Below, piece by piece: positions 58,219 through 64,000 of a DNA stretch of 64,000 bases. The notes beneath the pieces were generated by a model that was not told the DNA's origin, ran no database searches, and was given only the letters and a program-made list of their open reading frames with translations. Numbering within the stretch: the stretch's first letter is position 1; each line of letters opens with the position of its first letter. The DNA lies in IMG/VR virus record IMGVR_UViG_3300025652_000050, one strand, 5' to 3'. The translations under genes and the position numbers were made by a program. This DNA comes from an uncultured virus (IMG/VR IMGVR_UViG_3300025652_000050). Lineage: Duplodnaviria > Heunggongvirae > Uroviricota > Caudoviricetes > Crassvirales.

Positions 58219-58345
58219 CCAACACGTGCTATAAGAAATAGCGGGTTCGGTGCTTTCTGAAAGTTCAGGTGTATTTTTAAAATCTGTCATAAATTTAAAG
58301 TTTAGTTTTTATTAATCCGCTACTTCTCATAGCACCATACGTTAG
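58219..58345. repeat. attC-like imperfect palindrome
   Basis: CCAAC/GTTAG core; GTGCTATAAGAAATAGCGG vs CCGCTACTTCTCATAGCAC (17/19); asymmetric AC vs CATAC spacer. Confidence 0.72.
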
Positions 58346-58563
58346 TAGCAAGAATACGATTTCGTTTCATTCGCGAATCTCCAATGCTCGTTTTTTTCTA
58401 TAAATCCAATATTACCATTTGATAACTGAACGGAATGTAAGTATCCATATATAGCTATTTTGTCTTTACTTTCAAAGTCAACTTTTATGATAGTTCCATA
58501 TAATCCTTGATAATTTCCACTTATAAATTTTACGTTGTCACCGTTTTTTAATTCCTTTTTCAT
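58342..58563 (-). CDS. Small KOW/SH3-like protein
   Basis: GDNVKFISGNYQGLYGTI KOW pattern; stop lies in the hairpin core. Confidence 0.65.
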   Translation of the reverse strand: MKKELKNGDNVKFISGNYQGLYGTIIKVDFESKDKIAIYGYLHSVQLSNGNIGFIEKNEHWRFANETKSYSCY

Positions 58564-58648
58564 AATATATTTAGTTTTATAATAACTGCTATATTTAATA
58601 GCTATTATTTAATTTCTCTTCTTTTTCCCTTGTAATACCATCTGTTAT

Positions 58649-60130
58649 TTAAAAAGGAATATCATTTTCGTCAGGTAAATCAAAAGCATCTTTTATGCTT
58701 ACTTTTGGAATTTCTAATAATTCTACTTTTACAATATTTGGATTTTCTCTGAAATATCTACCTGAAATATTTTGTCCTAAATGTTCTAAATCCATAAACC
58801 TCATGTATTTTAATTGACAACCAACTCTGCAATATCCTGTTTCTCCATGCCTATATTTAGCAACTTCTATTTCTGCTTGGTCAATTGTAGGAGAACGTTC
58901 GTCGTCATCCCATTCATCTATTTTATAATATTCTGGTCGATAAATAAACATAACAACATCTGCATCTTGTTCTATTGATCCAGAATCCCTTAAATCAGAT
59001 AGCATAGGTCTTTTACTTGAACCTCTTTGTTCTACACTTCTTGACAATTGTGCTAATGCAATTACAGGAACATCTAAGTCTTTAGCTAGAGCTTTTAGAG
59101 AATTTGATATTTCTGCAACTTCTTGTTCTCTATTGTTTATTTTTTTATTTTTTACTTTCATTAATTGTAAATAATCAACAAAAATAATTTTAATAAATTT
59201 TTCTCTTTTTAATTTATTGCTTTTTATTTTTAACTCAATTGGAGAAATTCCACTTGTATCATCAATTGTAATTGGTAAGTTTGCTAATAAGTCAGAACAT
59301 TTTTTTAATTCTATTATTTCTTGTGGTGTTAAGTTAAAACTATTTATTTTTACAATATCGATACCTGAAATAATACTTAACATTCTTCCTATTATTTGTT
59401 TTTCACTCATTTCAAGACTAAAAAAAGCAACAGGAATACCTCTTAAACCACATTCAATTATTTCATTTAAAGCGTATGCAGTTTTACCACTTCCAGGTCT
59501 TCCTCCTAAAACTATTAAATCTGAATTTTGGAAACCATTTAGTTTTTTATTTAAAAGTGTTAGACAAGATTTTACACCTGGATTATTATTTTTATTACTA
59601 TTTAAATAAGCATTTACATTTTCTTTAAAATCTGAATCTTTTCCAACGGTTATTAAGTCTGTAACTTCCCCAAATTCCTTATAAGCTTTTTCTAATAATT
59701 CAAAAACATCAACATCTTCATTGTATGAATCCTCTATCATATTTGAAGAAACTTTTATACATTTTCTTTGAATATATTTTTGAAGTAAAATTCTTGAATG
59801 ATATTCTATATGAGCTGAAGAAGATACTTTTTGAGTTAATTCTATTAAAGTAAAATCTCCACCAATTAAATCTAATTTAGATACTCTTTTTAATTCTGCT
59901 GAGACTGTTAATAAATCAACTCCTTTATTTTGATGATATAAATTAATTATTGCTTCGAAAATAAATTTATTACTTTCTTTGTAAAACACATCAGGAGTAA
60001 GTAATTCAACTGCTTCATTTAAGCCATTTTTATCAATCATCATAGCTCCAATTACAGCTTCTTCTAAATCTATCGACTGAGGAGGTAATTTACCTTTATT
60101 TAGATCTATTATATTTGATTTCTCTACCAT
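58649..60130 (-). CDS. dnaB: Replicative DNA helicase DnaB
   Basis: PPQSIDLEEAVIG, GGRPGSGKT, FSLEM, VDYLQL, QLSR, SGSIEQDAD. Confidence 0.97.
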   Translation of the reverse strand: MVEKSNIIDLNKGKLPPQSIDLEEAVIGAMMIDKNGLNEAVELLTPDVFYKESNKFIFEAIINLYHQNKGVDLLTVSAELKRVSKLDLIGGDFTLIELTQKVSSSAHIEYHSRILLQKYIQRKCIKVSSNMIEDSYNEDVDVFELLEKAYKEFGEVTDLITVGKDSDFKENVNAYLNSNKNNNPGVKSCLTLLNKKLNGFQNSDLIVLGGRPGSGKTAYALNEIIECGLRGIPVAFFSLEMSEKQIIGRMLSIISGIDIVKINSFNLTPQEIIELKKCSDLLANLPITIDDTSGISPIELKIKSNKLKREKFIKIIFVDYLQLMKVKNKKINNREQEVAEISNSLKALAKDLDVPVIALAQLSRSVEQRGSSKRPMLSDLRDSGSIEQDADVVMFIYRPEYYKIDEWDDDERSPTIDQAEIEVAKYRHGETGYCRVGCQLKYMRFMDLEHLGQNISGRYFRENPNIVKVELLEIPKVSIKDAFDLPDENDIPF

Positions 60131-60996
60131 TATTCTATTCTTTTTCTTTTGTTAGGATCAGGAACTATTATTTCTTTATGATTAATTTGTTTAATAACTG
60201 TGTTTTTCTTTGCTAATAGTGTTGATATTTTTTCCCTTAATTTAGATGTGGAAAGAATGTTTGATTTCCAAAACTCTCCCTCTTTTGAATTTAGATATGA
60301 ATAAGCGTCTCTTATTTGCTGTTTAGTTACTTTATCATTATCAATCATTAATCTTATTGGCTCTACAAAATTTTTATATTTTGTTTTTTCTATTTGATTT
60401 GTCGGAGAACCTTTTTCTTTTAAGTTATTAATAAATAGTTTATAAAAACCAATAGCAGTATTATAATTAAAAAGAGAGTCTTCATTTATTTCAATTTCTA
60501 AATCTTTAATTTTAAAAAACTTTTTATCGTCTGAAATTTTAATTTCTGACAAAAGAGAATTATTAAGTATATTATTATTGTTTAATTGTTTATTGTTTAT
60601 ATTGTTAGTTGTTGTTACTTGTTTGTTGGTTTGTTTGTTACTTGTTTGTTGTTTGTTTGTTGTTTGTTTTTCTTGAGTTTGATAATCATCATATTTTACA
60701 ACGTCTAACAAGGTGTATTTGTTTGTTGTTTGTATGTTGAGTTCGTGTGTTTTTGTTAGTTTAAAAATCGACGTCCTAATTTGCTGAATTGTGAGGTTTG
60801 TTTCTTTAGATAATGCTTGATTACTCGTTATAAAACTTCCTCTTTTTATATCAATACCTCTCCAATTTTTATCTTCCCAATTTGCTTTTAAAAGACAGTG
60901 TATAAACAAAGTTTTAGTATTTATGTCTGAATACCACTCCCAGTCTAAAAGTTTTCGATGTAATGTTATAAATCCACTCATATTTTTAAAGGTCAA
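60130..60996 (-). CDS. Replication initiator (lambda O / DnaD-like)
   Basis: GFITLHRKLLDWEWY N-terminus, low-complexity T/N/K/Q linker, FWKSNILSTSKLREK; adjacent to dnaB. Confidence 0.8.
   Translation of the reverse strand: MTFKNMSGFITLHRKLLDWEWYSDINTKTLFIHCLLKANWEDKNWRGIDIKRGSFITSNQALSKETNLTIQQIRTSIFKLTKTHELNIQTTNKYTLLDVVKYDDYQTQEKQTTNKQQTSNKQTNKQVTTTNNINNKQLNNNNILNNSLLSEIKISDDKKFFKIKDLEIEINEDSLFNYNTAIGFYKLFINNLKEKGSPTNQIEKTKYKNFVEPIRLMIDNDKVTKQQIRDAYSYLNSKEGEFWKSNILSTSKLREKISTLLAKKNTVIKQINHKEIIVPDPNKRKRIE
60575..60670. repeat. Iteron-like repeats inside the initiator gene (putative ori)
   Basis: TTGTTACTTGTTTGTTG at 60612 and 60635 within a TTGT-rich run. Confidence 0.55.
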
Positions 60997-61171
60997 ATCC
61001 TAGAGAATGCTTCATATAGAATACTTCAAGAGGTTTCCATGAATTAGAAGTCATTCTATTGCTAATAGTTACTTTATCAAGATTAAGTTTTTTAGAAAGA
61101 TCCTCTTGAGTCATCTTTCTTCTTGATAGTTCTAATTTAATTTTTTCAGATGTTGTTAATCTAATTCCCAT
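60986..61171 (-). CDS. Cro-like HTH regulator
   Basis: MTQEDLSKKLNLDKVTISNRM; TATATTTG promoter at 61195-61202. Confidence 0.75.
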   Translation of the reverse strand: MGIRLTTSEKIKLELSRRKMTQEDLSKKLNLDKVTISNRMTSNSWKPLEVFYMKHSLGFDL

Positions 61172-61313
61172 AATAAGTATGTTTATTTTTTTTACAAATA
61201 TATAAATTAATTTTAATTAATTAATAAAAATTTATAAAAATAATTTAAAAAAAAAACTATGAGTATTAATAAGACCCATAGTTTTATGTAGTTAAAAGTT
61301 TCTACTCTACAAA

Positions 61314-62030
61314 TTAAAATTCGATAATAGTAACTTTGTCTTTTATTTTTTCAACTTCCTGGTTTACTCTTTGTTCAAATTGAGATTCAATTAGTTCAGC
61401 AGCATCTACGCTTTCAAGAGAACATTTAATATCAGAACCATGAGCTTCTAAAATAACATTTACTTCGATTTGAATTGGGTCCTCGCCTTCTAAAAGAGGT
61501 AATTTAAGTTTAATAGCATCAGGCATATTACTTTCAACAGTTTGTTTGAAATTTTGAGTAACATTTCCTTTTCTATCATCTGCTTTATCTATATCAGCAT
61601 TAACTTTTGCCTTTAAGTTTCTTAAAGTGTTGCAAATAGAAGCGTGTTCCATATTACTAACAAACATTGATCTTAAAAGTTTAAGTTTGTTTGCTAATTC
61701 TTCTGGTGAATATAACATCTTATCGTTATTAATCCCAAGAGAATTGAATTTTTTTGAAACTGAAATTTCACCAATAACAGTATATTTATTAACTACGCTT
61801 TGTTCGTTTAAAATTAATTCAATTACACCATCTGTTTTTGAAACCATACAATGTGCTTTACTTCCTTCAAATTCAGTAATCTTACCTTCTAAAAATCTTG
61901 AAGGAGCATCAATATTACCTTTAATATTTACCGGTTGTGGATTATGTTGTTCAGGTGCTTTTCCTTCTAAAATAACCAAGTTAGTTACTCCATTTTCAAC
62001 CATTGTCTGTACTTTTTTGTCGTTACTCAT
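61314..62030 (-). CDS. Hypothetical phage protein
   Basis: 238-aa ORF followed by a hairpin at ~61252-61284. Confidence 0.75.
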   Translation of the reverse strand: MSNDKKVQTMVENGVTNLVILEGKAPEQHNPQPVNIKGNIDAPSRFLEGKITEFEGSKAHCMVSKTDGVIELILNEQSVVNKYTVIGEISVSKKFNSLGINNDKMLYSPEELANKLKLLRSMFVSNMEHASICNTLRNLKAKVNADIDKADDRKGNVTQNFKQTVESNMPDAIKLKLPLLEGEDPIQIEVNVILEAHGSDIKCSLESVDAAELIESQFEQRVNQEVEKIKDKVTIIEF

Positions 62031-62469
62031 TTGTTCCTGTTTTTAAAGTTTTAATTTTTGTTTGTTTTTCTTCTGAAGTTAATCTTCTTGCATCAACACA
62101 AATACCTGTGTTATCAAAAGAATACATCATACCTGAAGCTTGGTCATCAACAAGGAATAGTTTTCCGTATTTTTGCTCTGACTTAAATTTAATAGACTCA
62201 ATTAAAATTGATGCTTGAGCTTTTGGTTCTTTTTCCAGAAGTTTAAATCTGTCCATTGCTTCTTTTTTCTGTTTAGCAAGTTCAGATAATTCAATACCAA
62301 TTTGAGAATATTCGTCTTTTCTCTCAGCTACTTCTTTTTCAGTAAGATTTTTTGTGTAGCTCGTCTCTTGTAATCCATAAGCAACTGCTTCTAAATTGTC
62401 TTGGATTTCTTTTTGAGACATTCCTTCAAATGCTTGATCATAATGTTGACCGATTTTAAATGCTTCCAT
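62023..62469 (-). CDS. Hypothetical phage protein
   Basis: 148-aa ORF overlapping the next gene. Confidence 0.75.
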   Translation of the reverse strand: MEAFKIGQHYDQAFEGMSQKEIQDNLEAVAYGLQETSYTKNLTEKEVAERKDEYSQIGIELSELAKQKKEAMDRFKLLEKEPKAQASILIESIKFKSEQKYGKLFLVDDQASGMMYSFDNTGICVDARRLTSEEKQTKIKTLKTGTNE

Positions 62470-62514
62470 ATATTTGGTTTTTGGGTTTTATAAAGGTCGC
62501 CCAAACCTATTGAT

Positions 62515-62862
62515 TTAATTTTTAATTCTCATTGGTTCTAAAATAGCATCTACTATTGATTTTATAAACTCTTTTTTTTCAGATGGCACATGAATAGATA
62601 ATGTTTCAGATTCTCCTTCGTACATTTTTTTTCTACCAGATTTTGACTTAGGTTTGTTTTCTTTTTGATTTTTAATAAAAGTATCAATTGTTTTTTTTAA
62701 TTGTAAACATTCTTCAATACCAATTCCAACCTCTCCTAATCTTTGTTCATTGTTTTTAAATATTTCAAAATTTAAAACATCATCAATACCAGTAATTTTT
62801 AAACTATAGCACAATTCTTCTTTGTCTAATAATAAAATATCTATTTTTTTTTCTTTACTCAT
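62515..62862 (-). CDS. Hypothetical protein, possible RHH C-terminus
   Basis: SGRKKMYEGESETLSIHVP. Confidence 0.65.
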   Translation of the reverse strand: MSKEKKIDILLLDKEELCYSLKITGIDDVLNFEIFKNNEQRLGEVGIGIEECLQLKKTIDTFIKNQKENKPKSKSGRKKMYEGESETLSIHVPSEKKEFIKSIVDAILEPMRIKN

Positions 62863-62863
62863 T

Positions 62864-63583
62864 TTATTGATTTTTAATTTTTTCTGCGAAATAAACCTGA
62901 CCTTTACCTGTTATTTTTGTAGTTCTTGTCGTGAAAGTTTCTGATCCGCTACCAATAGTTCTTGTGATAACTTCAAATAATCCAGAAGCAACATGATTTT
63001 GGTAAGGTTCATTATCTTTATTTAAAAATTTATTTTCTCTAAACCATTCAAAAAGTCTGTTTTGACCTATTTCAAAATCTTCATCGCATAAATCTTTTGC
63101 AAACTGTCTAACTAAAATAGAATTAGAACTACCAATTACACTTTCAGCGAATACAATTTTAGGTTTATCTTCTTCAATTTTATTATTAGCTTCTATTAAT
63201 AAGTTAGAAACACGTTCTTTCTCTATTAATAAAGCCATTTCAGACTGTAAAACTTCAAGATGTGTTCTTGGAACTATTTCTTTTAATTTTTTCTCACAAG
63301 CTATAAAATACTGTCTTGCTTCTTTTCCTTTATCACTTCTTTGAATCATGGAAATTTCTTTAGCAGTATCTAATGTTAAAACAAAGTCTTGAACTTCTTG
63401 ATTTGCAAGGGTGTTAAATACTTTACACCCATTATAATCTACTCCTTCTATGAATCCGTACTCTAATTGTCTATTCATCCAATTAGAAAATCTTTCAGTA
63501 GCACCTAAAAATTCATAAAGATTCCTAGCACTAACTAATTGTTGACCTTTTTCGTTTTCTGTAACTTTAATTAATTCTTTCAT
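62864..63583 (-). CDS. ant: Phage antirepressor (AntA/B N-terminus plus KilAC C-terminus)
   Basis: VSARNLYEFL, LTLDTAKEISM, KPKIVFA, IGQNRLFEW, ITGKGQVYF. Confidence 0.9.
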   Translation of the reverse strand: MKELIKVTENEKGQQLVSARNLYEFLGATERFSNWMNRQLEYGFIEGVDYNGCKVFNTLANQEVQDFVLTLDTAKEISMIQRSDKGKEARQYFIACEKKLKEIVPRTHLEVLQSEMALLIEKERVSNLLIEANNKIEEDKPKIVFAESVIGSSNSILVRQFAKDLCDEDFEIGQNRLFEWFRENKFLNKDNEPYQNHVASGLFEVITRTIGSGSETFTTRTTKITGKGQVYFAEKIKNQ

Positions 63584-63654
63584 AAGTGTTTATTTTAAAT
63601 AATTACAAATATATTAATATTATATAATAAAACAATAAAAAATATAGAAAATTA

Positions 63655-63691
63655 AAAAAAGGTGAGTATTAATACATAATACTCACCTTTT
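63655..63691. terminator. Intrinsic terminator
   Basis: AAAAGGTGAGTATT...AATACTCACCTTTT. Confidence 0.75.
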
Positions 63692-63723
63692 AAAAACATA
63701 AATAATTAAATATCAATTAGTTA

Positions 63724-64000
63724 CTAAAAAGGAAGGTTATCTTTATCCTCTTCATCTGTTGGAGCATAATCTGGCTTAAACTCTTGTGGATTATTATTCA
63801 TAGGGGGTGGATTAAACTGTGCTGCATCTTCTTGTTGTTTATCTGCAGGTTGTATTTTCCAACAAACCAAAGTGTTAAAATATTTATCTTCATTTTGGGG
63901 ATTTGTCCAAAGTTTTCCTCTGATATTTATACCACAAATAACCTCTTGCCCTTCAGTATAAGCATCAATTATATCTGTTTTGTCTCCATGGAGTTCTAAT
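63724..64000 (-). CDS. SSB-like protein (DUF3127-like), partial, not in ORF track
   Basis: ...INIRGKLW...YFNTLVCWKI...DEEDKDNLPF*; OB-fold motifs plus acidic PF tail. Confidence 0.8.
   Translation of the reverse strand, partial: LELHGDKTDIIDAYTEGQEVICGINIRGKLWTNPQNEDKYFNTLVCWKIQPADKQQEDAAQFNPPPMNNNPQEFKPDYAPTDEEDKDNLPF

Noticed and set aside
63784..63999. 71-aa plus-strand ORF and the many other short antisense ORFs in the track
   Set aside because: Shadows of real genes on the opposite strand (here the SSB-like gene)
1..64000. CRISPR array, diversity-generating retroelement, stop-codon recoding, tRNA genes
   Set aside because: No regularly spaced repeat-spacer units, no reverse transcriptase or TR/VR pair, core genes are intact under the standard code, and no cloverleaf was seen by eye (tRNAscan not run)

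Overview
64 kb of an AT-rich dsDNA phage genome. The host is inferred to be a Bacteroidota/Flavobacteriaceae member from the many TTTG-N19/20-TAnnTTTG promoters. The virion module is podovirus-like: terminase, portal, scaffold, capsid, tail tubular proteins and three internal/ejection proteins up to 2708 aa. The window also holds a lysis cassette, tail-fibre-like genes, GroEL plus two GroES-like genes, HU, three DNA methyltransferases, two NUMOD4-HNH endonucleases, a lambda-like replication module (initiator with internal repeats, DnaB, NinG-like protein, SSB-like protein), an antirepressor and a tyrosine integrase, so it is probably temperate. Three things stand out. (1) Two distant loci (113-1095 and 57177-58345) share an integron-like layout: an attC-like hairpin, a cassette bounded by 14/15-nt inverted ends, a shared 17/18-nt attI-like site, and a small gene ending in an identical 27-nt PKKEYTPF tail. 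Cargo genes are inverted relative to integron convention, and one cargo ORF starts at an ATG inside the hairpin loop. (2) Both HNH genes carry a structured leader RNA with compensatory base changes and a loop-loop pseudoknot, and an analogous leader follows the integrase, ahead of ~350 nt of structured non-coding sequence. (3) The terminase has a long, internally duplicated N-terminal extension that may be a fused small subunit. All product calls come from motif recognition by eye; no database searches were run.
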